This document shows, one piece after another, positions 9,424 to 19,043 of a DNA stretch of 64,000 nucleotides (the first letter of the stretch is position 1; each line of letters starts with the position of its first letter). The DNA lies in assembly GCA_044376115.1 (NCBI GenBank), contig JBILLK010000005.1, forward strand, positions 96,001 to 160,000, written 5' to 3'. This stretch comes from Polyangiaceae bacterium (GTDB lineage: Bacteria; Myxococcota_A; Polyangia; Polyangiales; Polyangiaceae). The translations under genes and the position numbers were made by a program. The notes below the pieces were generated by a model that was not told the origin of the DNA, searched no databases, and saw nothing but the letters and a program-made list of their open reading frames with translations.

Positions 9424-10632
9424 ATGGCCTTTCTGATCCCCTCGCGCGCAGCTCGCCCCGGTGATGATCCCATCTTTGCGCTCAACAGCGAGGCGCGTGC
9501 GCGCGCTGCCGCGGGAGAGTCCGTGATCAATGCCACCGTCGGCTCACTCCTCTCCGACGACGGACGGCTGGCGACCCTCGAGTCGGTTATTGCCGAGCTC
9601 TCCAAGACACCTGCGGTCGTCGCGGCCGGCTACGCTCCAATTGCCGGGAATGCCGAGTTTCTGCGCGGGGTAATCGCTGACTTGCTGGGGGGCCGAAGGT
9701 CGGCCGAGTGGGCCGTCGCCGTTGCCACTCCTGGCGGAACGGGCGCCTTGCGTCACGCCATTGCGAACTTCCTCGAACCAAAGCAATCGCTGCTGACGAC
9801 TTCCTTCTATTGGGGCCCCTACAAGACGCTTGCCGATGAGTCGGATCGTGGGCTTGTTACCTTTCGCATGTTCAATGAACGCGGTGGTCTCGACACCGAA
9901 GCGTTCTCGAGTGCGCTAGGCACCATGCTGCGTGAACAGGGGCGCGCCCTCGTGCTGCTCAACAGCCCTTGTCACAACCCCACCGGCTACTCGTTCAGCG
10001 TGGATGAATGGCGCGAGGTTGCGCGCATCTTGCGTGAACATTCGAGCCTGGGCCCGATCACAGTGTGCTTGGACGTTGCTTACGCCAAGTTCGGTGGCCA
10101 GCTGGACGCCATGCTCGACGAGATGACCAGCCTCTTGCCCGACGTGCTCGTGGTCATCGCTTGGTCCGCGTCAAAGACCTTTCTCCAATACGGTCTGCGC
10201 ATTGGAGCGCTCTGTGCACTTCACCCTGATGCCGATGAGCGCCGGCGTATCGAGGCAGCGCTGACCTACTCTTGTCGCGGGACTTGGTCCAACGTGAACG
10301 CTGGAGGCATGGCTGCCATCGCGAGAATTTTGACGACGCCCACGATTCGCGAAGCCGTGGATCTGGAACGTAGCCAGTGTGTAGAGCTACTTGGTAAGCG
10401 GGTTGCGCGCTTCAATGCTCTCGCTGGCCCGAAGGGCCTTCTCTATCCGCGATACGACGGTGGTTTCTTCACCACCGTAATGACGAAGAGCGCCTTTGAC
10501 GTCGCTCTTCGCCTCAAGGCGAGAGGGGTGTTCGTTGTGCCGCAGGAGGGGGCCATCCGCATAGCGTTGTGCTCCGTTGCCGAAGCAGACATTCCGCGGC
10601 TCGTTGAAGAGGTCGCCAGCGCGCTGGGTTAG
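9424..10632 (+). CDS. PLP-dependent aminotransferase class I/II
   Basis: TPGGTGAL, CHNPTG, DVAY, WSASK (PLP lysine), RIG motifs. Confidence 0.9.
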   Translation: MAFLIPSRAARPGDDPIFALNSEARARAAAGESVINATVGSLLSDDGRLATLESVIAELSKTPAVVAAGYAPIAGNAEFLRGVIADLLGGRRSAEWAVAVATPGGTGALRHAIANFLEPKQSLLTTSFYWGPYKTLADESDRGLVTFRMFNERGGLDTEAFSSALGTMLREQGRALVLLNSPCHNPTGYSFSVDEWREVARILREHSSLGPITVCLDVAYAKFGGQLDAMLDEMTSLLPDVLVVIAWSASKTFLQYGLRIGALCALHPDADERRRIEAALTYSCRGTWSNVNAGGMAAIARILTTPTIREAVDLERSQCVELLGKRVARFNALAGPKGLLYPRYDGGFFTTVMTKSAFDVALRLKARGVFVVPQEGAIRIALCSVAEADIPRLVEEVASALG

Positions 10633-12663
10633 CTACCACTTCTCAGCACTACGCACTTTGGGAACCGCCGGCAGTTTGAGATTCACCTCTCGTGCCAGGG
10701 CCTCTGCGTTGGGCCGCCGATAACTAAGTAGAGGCACTGCATCATTGTCGTACGGTTGGTTGCTCGGCGGCTTGGGGCACTTGTCCCTAACCCAGTAAAC
10801 GTCGAAGCCGATTAACTCGTCCGACGGGTTACCTGTACGGAGATGGTAGCGAAGAAGATAGTCTTTGAGACCATCTCTGTAACTGGCGTTTCGGTCGAGT
10901 CGAATGCGGTTTCCGTAGTCTTGCCTAAGCTGGGAGAGGCCTGCGCCCCGAAGCGGCCTGAGGTCGAGAATAGGGGGTTCTCCAGTCAGCGGATCGATCC
11001 GGCGCCCATCGAGCGTGAACGCATCCACCGTGAGTATCCCGTCTTCCTGAATCGGATTCGGCGCGAACATGCCCCAGCCTTGGAACGTACGCGTATATCC
11101 AATCGTGATCTGCATGATCTTGGGTGCATCTGGTTTGAGGGTGATCACCTCGCTACCGACGTACTTTTTGACGAGTTCGAGCGCCCACTTCTCGTCGGGC
11201 TGCAGTTCCTGTCCCTCCTTGAGGGGTGGTGGCAGCGTTTTCGGAATCATCTTGTTCTCTAGGTACAGTTGATAGGTAGCCGCGATTGCCAAGTAGACGA
11301 GCGACGCTTCCCTCACGCGGTGAACCCACCGTCCAAGGCGCTCTCTTAGCGGAGACGCTACAGCGAGTTCGGGACCACCAACCGTCAGCCCCCAGAACCG
11401 GCTGATCTGATCCCCGTGGCCAAGGGCCCAGCGAGCCATGAGTGGAAATGTACCAAGGCTCAATAGTGTCACGGCGCGGCGAAGCCAGCGCCCAAAAGTG
11501 AGTGCCTCTGTCAGGCTCAGCCAAAGCGTTGCTGAATCCTTTGAGACCTTACCGGCCTCGTCCCGAGTCGCTAGCGATGCGCCATCGCGCGCGGCTTCGA
11601 TACCAATTCGCCCACGTGGATCGAGGCGGCGAACAACGCGTGCGACCAACATCGCGAAGGCTTGGGTCTCGTCCACGAGCAGCGTGCAAGTCTTGCTTCG
11701 CCGGTCATAGAATCGCCGGGCTCGCTCGAAGTGCACTGGCAAGAGCAACAAGATGGACCAACAGATGAGACACCACGAGAAGGGCCCAAGACGCATGAAG
11801 GTGCCGAACGTCGTGTGTAAAAGGCACATTAGAACGATCGCGATCGGCCGGGTGTAGAAGCGCGCTCGGGGCGAGGCGATGCACACGAAGATAGTCGCCT
11901 CTACGACCAGCGCACCGTAGTCAGCAGCCTGGACCATGAATGGCGGGAAGTGTTCCCTGACGAAGACACCAAGCCCAGTCACCATGCGATCGAGGTGGAG
12001 TACGTAGTGAACGGCCTCCCCACGACGCCAAAGATGGCCCATCTTGTTCAAGACGTTGAACAGGTAAACGACGGACACGTTGACAATGATGATGAGCCCA
12101 ATCATCGAGACAATCGGACCGCGCCAGCCGCTTGGGTCACCGCCCGCGTTGATCTCGGTGACGCTGGCCTCTCTACGCAAGCTCAGTGAGCGCTTCCAGG
12201 CATCAATCGAGAACCGCCGCTCGAGCGGCATGAAGCAGCCCCAGAAGCAAAGCAGGTTCTGAACGACATACCCCCCATTCTCGACGAAGGGTATGCGCGT
12301 ATCGCGACTCACTACCCATACACAGGTCAGTATTGCAAAGAGGCGAGTCCTATATCCTACCGTGTAGAGTACGTGGCAGATCAGTCCCAATGCGAAGAGA
12401 ACGTGGACCTCAGCAGTTGCTGAGAAAGCGTGGAAGATGGACAGCCCGTTGCCACTCGTAGGCTTGAACAAGTGGCTGTGATTGCTGAGCACCCCTTCAT
12501 TTGAGTAGAGAAACCCAATCTCCATCCAATGCCGGATGCAATCGAGGATTAAGAATATCCCGAAGACGATCCGGAACAGCCCTGCGGCGCGTGGATCGAC
12601 CGTGAAGTAGCGAGAGTGAAGGCCACGCCAGAGCCGCTTCACCCAACCGCTGCCCGCGGTCAT
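10633..12663 (-). CDS. HTTM-domain membrane protein with degenerate DCC1-like insert
   Basis: 'DPRAAGLFRI...YSNEGVL...VGYRTR...FMPLERRFSIDA...W..GEA', C-terminal QGWGMFAP. Confidence 0.8.
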   Translation of the reverse strand: MTAGSGWVKRLWRGLHSRYFTVDPRAAGLFRIVFGIFLILDCIRHWMEIGFLYSNEGVLSNHSHLFKPTSGNGLSIFHAFSATAEVHVLFALGLICHVLYTVGYRTRLFAILTCVWVVSRDTRIPFVENGGYVVQNLLCFWGCFMPLERRFSIDAWKRSLSLRREASVTEINAGGDPSGWRGPIVSMIGLIIIVNVSVVYLFNVLNKMGHLWRRGEAVHYVLHLDRMVTGLGVFVREHFPPFMVQAADYGALVVEATIFVCIASPRARFYTRPIAIVLMCLLHTTFGTFMRLGPFSWCLICWSILLLLPVHFERARRFYDRRSKTCTLLVDETQAFAMLVARVVRRLDPRGRIGIEAARDGASLATRDEAGKVSKDSATLWLSLTEALTFGRWLRRAVTLLSLGTFPLMARWALGHGDQISRFWGLTVGGPELAVASPLRERLGRWVHRVREASLVYLAIAATYQLYLENKMIPKTLPPPLKEGQELQPDEKWALELVKKYVGSEVITLKPDAPKIMQITIGYTRTFQGWGMFAPNPIQEDGILTVDAFTLDGRRIDPLTGEPPILDLRPLRGAGLSQLRQDYGNRIRLDRNASYRDGLKDYLLRYHLRTGNPSDELIGFDVYWVRDKCPKPPSNQPYDNDAVPLLSYRRPNAEALAREVNLKLPAVPKVRSAEKW

Positions 12664-14738
12664 TCGCCGAGCTCTTCGCCTGGGGTCAGTCGTTGCGGAA
12701 CTGGGGTCGTCTCCGGCTCCGGGTCGACTGGAGCCTTCAGCATCGGCAGTCTCTGCTGAAGATTCGGCGGTCCCGACCCTGGAGCGCCGAACGTTCCTCC
12801 GCCTCGGCCCTGGCGGAATACTCGTTCATTCACCACCTCCGATGAGCCATCGACGGGCCGTTTCAACCAGTAGAAGTCTGCCCCAATGAGTCGTCCTTCC
12901 TCCAACTGGAACTTGGGACCTCGTTTCAACACGTACGCCTTGAATGCAGACTGATATCCGCGCCGCTGATCACTGATGACCCGCGGCAGGTACATCGCCC
13001 ACATGGATCCGAGCTCAAACGGCTGGTCGAGTGTCATCACCGGCTGGCGACCCGTGAAGCTGTCGATGTTCTCGCCCTCCTTGATCATCGCGTCCACCAC
13101 GGGGCCCTCGCTCAAGGTTGGCGGTTCAGGTGAAAGCAGCGACCACTGAGCTGTGGTGCGAGTCCACCAAGTGACGCTCTCAAGCACGCCCGTCGGCTTC
13201 ACGCCAATGCCAAGGCTGTGAACCTCGTCGGCGCGCAGCAGGAGCGCCAGCAAAACGAATACGGCGAGCCCCTCTCGAACGCTGCTGAAGAGCCAGTTCT
13301 TGAGTCGCGTGGCCGGTGCTACCTCAACCGTTTCTGTTACCGCTTGCTTGGGTTCGGGTCGGGGTACGCCGCAGGCACTCATTCCCAGTGAGACGCTAAC
13401 GGCGGCGCGCCTGGGCGCGAATAGCTTGTAAAAAACCTCGAAAAGTCCAGAAAGACCCGGCAGTGAAAGCAGCCACCCTAGGAGGCTTAGCCCAGGCACC
13501 GCACGCATCACCTCGGACACTGCTTGCCCTCTAAGCGCGAAGCTACCATCCTCGCGAATCGCGACCACTGTTGACTCGAGCAGCTCCGGGGTCAGGGCGT
13601 CGGGGAGCCTGATCTCTTTCCGTTTTCCGTCCGCGGAGACACGAACCGCCAACTGGTCGGCACCATCCTGAAACGAACCGTTTCCTAAGAAGATGAGCTG
13701 GCGACGAGTATCGATCCGTCGCAGATAGCGAGATAACCAAAAGCAAATACCGCAGTCTTCGTCATAGATTACGGTGCGGGTTCGCCGTTTTTCAAAGCGA
13801 CCTGCCCACGCTTCCCAGGTATCAGAAGAGACCAATAGCAGCGAAGCGCTCGCTAAGGCGTAACCGTACAAAGAGAACTGGGTAAGCAGCGCGAACACTA
13901 AGCCATAGCCTGCAAGACACGCTGCCGCTAAAAGCCGCAACGGCCCTCTAAACAGTGGTATCAAGGCCAGTCCGATGGTTGCGTAAGGTGCAATCCTGAC
14001 GAAGTGCGTCAAGGGCCCGAGGATGGGGCTATTGCGGAGGGAGAACCCCAAGGGGGAAGCCACCAGGTGAACCTGCATCGCCTTGTGCAATGCAGAACCG
14101 TCGTTCCAGCTCCCCACACGAGCGTGTGCCGTTGAGTAGAGGATCGCAAACACAAGCCCCAGCGTACCGGCGGCAGCTAACGAGACAGGACTGAATCCTG
14201 GAAGTCGCCCAGCTTGCACCGCCTTGTCCGATGGGAGCTTGAAGTCTTCAATCAGCTCCTTTGGCTTCATCTCAGTCGCCGCCTTGGCGCGTGCGCCAAT
14301 GACGTCCACGCTGAAGGCCGCACCAAGGGGAAGGAAAACAGTAGCCAGCAAGAGGGCGAGCGCGACAGGTTCTCCCGGGCCCTCCGCGAGCAAGTTCCGC
14401 GCAGAAAGACTCACTAGTCCTACCAAGGAGAGCACGTGCGAAACCCGGGTATAGATACCTAGGGTGAACATGCCGTAGACGACCGCAATCAGCAAAAGAC
14501 CAACCGTGGCCTCTCCTGGTGTTGCAAATGCGTGGAGCAAACTCCAGACGAAGCGGCCTTCATTCTTCAGATTGAAGAGATGATTGTGATTGGGCAGTAC
14601 TCCCTCGTTCGAATAGAACGCGGCGCGATGCACGAACCTCTGCGCCAGGTCTGTCAGTAGAGTCAATCCCAGGGCGATTCTGAAGAGGCCCAGGCTTCGC
14701 GCATCGATTCTTAGGTAGTGACGAAGGAAGGCGTTCAA
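12660..14738 (-). CDS. HTTM-domain membrane protein fused to a DCC1-like thiol-disulfide oxidoreductase domain
   Basis: 'DARSLGLFRI...FYSNEGVL...FLPLGAAFSVD'. DCC motif YDEDCGIC followed by 'Y..FA..R'. Confidence 0.8.
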   Translation of the reverse strand: MNAFLRHYLRIDARSLGLFRIALGLTLLTDLAQRFVHRAAFYSNEGVLPNHNHLFNLKNEGRFVWSLLHAFATPGEATVGLLLIAVVYGMFTLGIYTRVSHVLSLVGLVSLSARNLLAEGPGEPVALALLLATVFLPLGAAFSVDVIGARAKAATEMKPKELIEDFKLPSDKAVQAGRLPGFSPVSLAAAGTLGLVFAILYSTAHARVGSWNDGSALHKAMQVHLVASPLGFSLRNSPILGPLTHFVRIAPYATIGLALIPLFRGPLRLLAAACLAGYGLVFALLTQFSLYGYALASASLLLVSSDTWEAWAGRFEKRRTRTVIYDEDCGICFWLSRYLRRIDTRRQLIFLGNGSFQDGADQLAVRVSADGKRKEIRLPDALTPELLESTVVAIREDGSFALRGQAVSEVMRAVPGLSLLGWLLSLPGLSGLFEVFYKLFAPRRAAVSVSLGMSACGVPRPEPKQAVTETVEVAPATRLKNWLFSSVREGLAVFVLLALLLRADEVHSLGIGVKPTGVLESVTWWTRTTAQWSLLSPEPPTLSEGPVVDAMIKEGENIDSFTGRQPVMTLDQPFELGSMWAMYLPRVISDQRRGYQSAFKAYVLKRGPKFQLEEGRLIGADFYWLKRPVDGSSEVVNERVFRQGRGGGTFGAPGSGPPNLQQRLPMLKAPVDPEPETTPVPQRLTPGEELGE

Positions 14739-14741
14739 GGG

Positions 14742-15830
14742 CTATTCATCCTGGATGCGAAACCGAAAGTCGTCTGCGTTGGCGATTGTTGGAATGCTCT
14801 CGCGCTTCAGCAGCACCGTTCGTACAGCCCACACATCGCCGAATACACGGTAGCGAAGAGCTGTCTGATCGAGATAGTCGACGCCAGCGGAGCCACCCGT
14901 GCCAGTGCGCCGCCCAATCACACGCTCAACCATCCGAGCGTGCCGCTGTCGCCAAATGATCATTTTCTGCTCCATCTCGAGCAGCGCGTCGAGCGCCTCC
15001 CTGGGCCACGCCAAGCGAGGGAGATCGCGGTAACTCTCCAGAAAAACGAGTGCAGCTCGTACGTGGATCCGTTCTTCTTTGGTGAACCCTTCGAGCGTTG
15101 AGTCGTCCTCTGCGAGCAGGAACTTACGGGTATTGGCGAAGTCACGCTGGTAGCGGGCTCGCCAAAGTTCGAGGTCGGCCTCGGGCAACTGCATCTTTTC
15201 TGATACTGAGACCAGCCGAGCCTCCACCTCTTGCGCATGTCCTTCGAGGAAGCGCTCGAGAAACTCAGTGGGCGAGGCGTCGGCCACCGGGGTTCGGGCG
15301 AGCCAGCGGTAGATGAGTGTGCGTAAGCTCGCCTTTTGGGTCAGCCTGCGCTGTACGCGTGCAAGTGCGGGAGAGCTGCTACCGTCCATTGCCTTGAGTG
15401 CGTCTTTGTAGCTGCCCTCCACGCCCAACGAAATTCGCTGACTCTCATCCAGCCCCAGGATGATCTCGATTTCGCGGAGCTGCGCTGACTGAAAGCCGCT
15501 CGCTCCAATCAGGCTGTCACGGAAGCCGAGATAGTCGCGAGTGGTCAACGTCTCCATCACCGCAAAGTGGCTGATGGCTTGGTCGAAGATGGTCGTGATG
15601 CGACGAAACGACTTCGTTGCTTGCGCCAGTGCCATGTCGGGAACGGGCTTCTGGTCGAAGAGCGAGCAGGCTTGATCGAGTTCGCGAATAATGAGTTTGA
15701 ACCAAAGCTCATAGACTTGGTGAACGACGATGAAGAGCGTTTCATCGTTGTTCACCTCGGAGTCATCCGACTTCAACCCGGATTGAAGTCGAAGTAGGTC
15801 CTCGACTTTGATGTAGTCCCAGTAATTCAC
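14742..15830 (-). CDS. kynA: Tryptophan 2,3-dioxygenase
   Basis: YWDYI..LL.LQ, DETLFIVVHQVYELWFK, ASGFQS, HARMVERVIG, GTGGSAGVDYL. Confidence 0.95.
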   Translation of the reverse strand: MNYWDYIKVEDLLRLQSGLKSDDSEVNNDETLFIVVHQVYELWFKLIIRELDQACSLFDQKPVPDMALAQATKSFRRITTIFDQAISHFAVMETLTTRDYLGFRDSLIGASGFQSAQLREIEIILGLDESQRISLGVEGSYKDALKAMDGSSSPALARVQRRLTQKASLRTLIYRWLARTPVADASPTEFLERFLEGHAQEVEARLVSVSEKMQLPEADLELWRARYQRDFANTRKFLLAEDDSTLEGFTKEERIHVRAALVFLESYRDLPRLAWPREALDALLEMEQKMIIWRQRHARMVERVIGRRTGTGGSAGVDYLDQTALRYRVFGDVWAVRTVLLKRESIPTIANADDFRFRIQDE

Positions 15831-15926
15831 GGGGCGAGTCTATATCAAACCGTCCGCAGCGAGCGTGCTTACCTGTGCCGTTTGCTACGGGATCTAGCGG
15901 ACAAGACGCTACGTTACGTGTGCCGC

Positions 15927-16586
15927 CTACTGCTGTTCGCGAGTGAGGCCGTCCGGCCCGATGTCGATGGGCGGGCCGTAGTAAACGAGCTCGGCTTGCT
16001 CGGAGCCGCCGGCTGCGTCCACGCGCAGCTGAACGATACCAACGCCTGGGCACAGCGTGGTCACCACCGTGCGCGAGACGTCCCCACGCACTTCCTCGCG
16101 AGTGCGGTGACAGCCCGCGTAGGTTCCGGACGCTGCGTTGACGCTGATCCCAAGTTCGCTGAACTTGGTAACCCCGCCGTGGGGACCGAGCCAACTGTGA
16201 TCGAGGGCGAACGGGGTCTTGAAAAGGAACGCGGAAGCACCTGTCTTTGTAACAGTCGCAACACCCCCGGCCGTGTACTCAAAAGCCTGATCCGCACCAG
16301 GTTTCTTTAGCGTGCCACGCAAAGCATCTTGGCGGTGGACCTTCATCACCAACATCCCCGCAGGCTCCACGCGATCGCCAAGGAGCTCAACGCGATAGTG
16401 GTAGAGATTACCGTCGAGCAAAGGGAAGAACGCCTCTGCCTCGCTCGAGGGCGGCCCTGCCTTGTATCCTGGTTCAGTGGCCTGCCACGACGTCCGGGTT
16501 TTCGGGCTCGTTGCCTCAACGCATCCGCCCATGGCCAATACGGTGAAGAGCGAGCTGAGGTGAACGATGAGTTTGTGCGCAGCCAT
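15927..16586 (-). CDS. Hypothetical lipoprotein
   Basis: Lipobox-like AMGGC; beta-rich mature region; translationally coupled to the upstream gene. Confidence 0.65.
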   Translation of the reverse strand: MAAHKLIVHLSSLFTVLAMGGCVEATSPKTRTSWQATEPGYKAGPPSSEAEAFFPLLDGNLYHYRVELLGDRVEPAGMLVMKVHRQDALRGTLKKPGADQAFEYTAGGVATVTKTGASAFLFKTPFALDHSWLGPHGGVTKFSELGISVNAASGTYAGCHRTREEVRGDVSRTVVTTLCPGVGIVQLRVDAAGGSEQAELVYYGPPIDIGPDGLTREQQ

Positions 16587-16942
16587 CAGGGTCGAGCCGA
16601 ATCAGTGATTGGAGGTGCAGGAGCGTCTCGATGTTCACGCGCGGAGAAAAGAAAGTGGCCTCCGATAAACAACGCCAGACCAAGCCCTACGACTAGCAGA
16701 GCAGCTGAAACGATGTCTGGGTTCACGCGTTGGCGCAGGTCAATAGCCGCAGCCTTCACACGCGGATCACGCGTCGTTGAGGCGAGGCTTTCGCAGCCGT
16801 CTCGAACGGCCCCGTAGTTCCCGCGCTCAAAAGCTGCGAGGAGCTCAGCCAGACGTGGATCCTCGGGATAGCTTCGTGCGAAGGGGGGGCGCAAGGTCGA
16901 CCCTGAGGTCGTTGTTTCGCTGGGGTCGTTCTTGTCGCTCAC
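16586..16942 (-). CDS. Hypothetical single-pass membrane protein
   Basis: Helical 'AFERGNYGAVR' region plus C-terminal TM helix; overlaps both neighbours. Confidence 0.65.
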   Translation of the reverse strand: MSDKNDPSETTTSGSTLRPPFARSYPEDPRLAELLAAFERGNYGAVRDGCESLASTTRDPRVKAAAIDLRQRVNPDIVSAALLVVGLGLALFIGGHFLFSAREHRDAPAPPITDSARP

Positions 16943-17238
16943 CGCGGCGTATCCTCGGGTCGATCTTTGAACGGAACCATCGGCTCACCCTCCCGACTCA
17001 CGGAGCACCGCACGCCATCGCAATTGGCCTTGTAGGTGGCCTTTTGCCCGCAGCCGATGGCCTCAAAAACACCCCCCCAAGCCTCCACCACTCTGATCTC
17101 CTCGGGTGGACAATCGAGATCACGCTCCGCATCTGAGCGAACGATTGGCTTCGCCTGTTCGGCACCGAGAGGATATCCAACACCGCAGCCACCGAAGGCC
17201 AGCAGCAGGAGGTAACCTCGTCTCGATCCGCTAACCAT
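16939..17238 (-). CDS. Small Cys-containing putative lipoprotein
   Basis: LLLLAFGGC lipobox-like motif; 'DLDCP...AIGCG...Y..C....C' pattern. Confidence 0.6.
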   Translation of the reverse strand: MVSGSRRGYLLLLAFGGCGVGYPLGAEQAKPIVRSDAERDLDCPPEEIRVVEAWGGVFEAIGCGQKATYKANCDGVRCSVSREGEPMVPFKDRPEDTPR

Positions 17239-17292
17239 CGCGCGCGCATGTTGAACGGCGCCCGACCTCATGCCAAGGATGAAGAAGCAAAA

Positions 17293-17799
17293 ATGATCTT
17301 CCGGCTTCTGTTGGGTCTCGTGAAAGGTGTCCTGGTCGGCGGCCTGTTGGGCTTTTTGCTGTTGAAACTGGGCCTCGCGAGTCCCGGGCCACTGGTTGCT
17401 TATCTTGGCGCCGCTGTTGTTGGGGTGGTTGTCGGCCTCATCGCTGGCAAACCGATTTGGAGTGAGGGCGGGAAGATTGAGGCTGGCTTGAAAGCTGGCT
17501 TTGGAGCGCTGCTGGCCGCGGGCTTAATGTGGGCTACTCGCTCGCTATTGGGAGGTGTAGGGCTTGGCTGGGCGGGCTTACCAGGCGCAACTCTCGGTGG
17601 ATACGCCATCACCTCTCTGAGTCTGGTTGCGGCAGTGCTCGCCGGGTTCTACGACGCCGACAACACGCCCTCGGCGGAGCCCGACTCGGCCGAGAAGGGG
17701 CAACCGAAGCTTCGGGTGGGGCCGGCAACCAAGAGCGCTGCGTCCAATCTGGACCTGGAGGATGAACTAGAAGCAGAGGAACGAAAGGCTCGGAGGTAG
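17293..17799 (+). CDS. Hypothetical membrane protein (about 4 TM helices)
   Basis: Gly-rich hydrophobic helices and an acidic tail. Confidence 0.7.
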   Translation: MIFRLLLGLVKGVLVGGLLGFLLLKLGLASPGPLVAYLGAAVVGVVVGLIAGKPIWSEGGKIEAGLKAGFGALLAAGLMWATRSLLGGVGLGWAGLPGATLGGYAITSLSLVAAVLAGFYDADNTPSAEPDSAEKGQPKLRVGPATKSAASNLDLEDELEAEERKARR

Positions 17800-17804
17800 G
17801 AGCC

Positions 17805-18599
17805 GTGTCGGCGTCGCGCTACCTGCTCTTCTGTATGTTGGCTTCAGCGTACGGGCTTCTGGTCTCTTCTCTTTGGCTTGGGCCACCGCCGATATGGGTC
17901 TCCGGCCTTCTCCTTCTTGGTCTCGTCACGGTCGTAACGCTGGGTTCGATTTTCTTGAACCTCGCCCTGTTTGTTCCTGTGGTTGCGCGCGGTGACGCGC
18001 GCGCTCCCAACGTAGCCCTCACCTTCGATGATGGCCCACACCCAGTCCATACCCGTAGGGTCATGGACCTGTTGGAAGCGGGGAACGCCCGTGGAACCTT
18101 CTTTTTGATTGGGGAAAAGGCGGCACAGTTCCCCGACCTCGTCTGCGAAATGGTGCGAAGAGGCCACGAGATTGCACTGCATAGCTACAGCCACGACCGC
18201 TTGCTCAACATGCGCCATGAGTCGCGAATCGTGAAGGATTTGGAACAGACGCAGCAGGTTATCGAGCGGGCTGTTGAGGTCCGGCCCATTCTCTTCCGGC
18301 CACCTGTCGGCCTTACGAGTCCCCGCACACAGGTCGCAGTTACACGGTTGGGACTGCGAGTCGTCGGCTGGACAGCAAGAGCCTTCGACGGAGCCGCGCG
18401 TCCCGATGCGGCTACAATTTTGCGCCGCATCGAGCCCAATCTCAAGCCAGGGGCGATTGTCCTACTGCACGACGCTGCGGAGCGTGGGGACGAGCCCCCA
18501 ACCAGCCTGGAGGCTCTACCGCAGCTGCTCGATGCAGTTGCTCGTCGCGGGCTCAGCTGTTTGACGGTTTCACAGCTGGTCGGGGTCGCTAAGCCGTGA
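17805..18599 (+). CDS. Polysaccharide deacetylase (NodB/CE4), membrane anchored
   Basis: TFDDGP, HSYSH, FRPP, IVLLHD motifs; N-terminal TM helices. Confidence 0.92.
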   Translation: MSASRYLLFCMLASAYGLLVSSLWLGPPPIWVSGLLLLGLVTVVTLGSIFLNLALFVPVVARGDARAPNVALTFDDGPHPVHTRRVMDLLEAGNARGTFFLIGEKAAQFPDLVCEMVRRGHEIALHSYSHDRLLNMRHESRIVKDLEQTQQVIERAVEVRPILFRPPVGLTSPRTQVAVTRLGLRVVGWTARAFDGAARPDAATILRRIEPNLKPGAIVLLHDAAERGDEPPTSLEALPQLLDAVARRGLSCLTVSQLVGVAKP

Positions 18600-19029
18600 T
18601 GTGCGCAGGCTCGCGCAGGACTAGCACTGGGCGGTCTGCGTTGTTGACGACCTTCGACGCTGTCGTACCCAGCATCTTGTCGAGCTTTCCGTACCCGTGA
18701 GCACCGATCACAATGAGGTCAACATTCGCTTCTCGGGCAGCCTGTTCAATCGCAGACCAAGGCGAACCAAAAAGAACGCGTGTGCCCAAGGCAATATCTG
18801 CTGGAACTTGCATGAGCAGCTTCTTCAGCTCTTCTGATGCGTTGCGCTCGACCAGCCGGGCGAGCTCGTCGGGGCCGAGGGTGTACGCTTCCACCGGGAC
18901 GTCTTTCGGCACTCCGACGGCGCGGAAGAGAAGAATCTTGGCCCCGGTTTTCTTGGCGAGATCGATCGCCGCGCTGAGGACACCAGCTTCTCGTGGCGAG
19001 CCGTCGACTGCGACTAACATGGTTTTCAT
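18589..19029 (-). CDS. Universal stress protein (UspA family)
   Basis: MLVAVDGS...DLIVIGAHG...LGTTASKVV..ADRPVLV. Confidence 0.93.
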   Translation of the reverse strand: MKTMLVAVDGSPREAGVLSAAIDLAKKTGAKILLFRAVGVPKDVPVEAYTLGPDELARLVERNASEELKKLLMQVPADIALGTRVLFGSPWSAIEQAAREANVDLIVIGAHGYGKLDKMLGTTASKVVNNADRPVLVLREPAHITA

Positions 19030-19043
19030 CGGTGACCTTTTTC

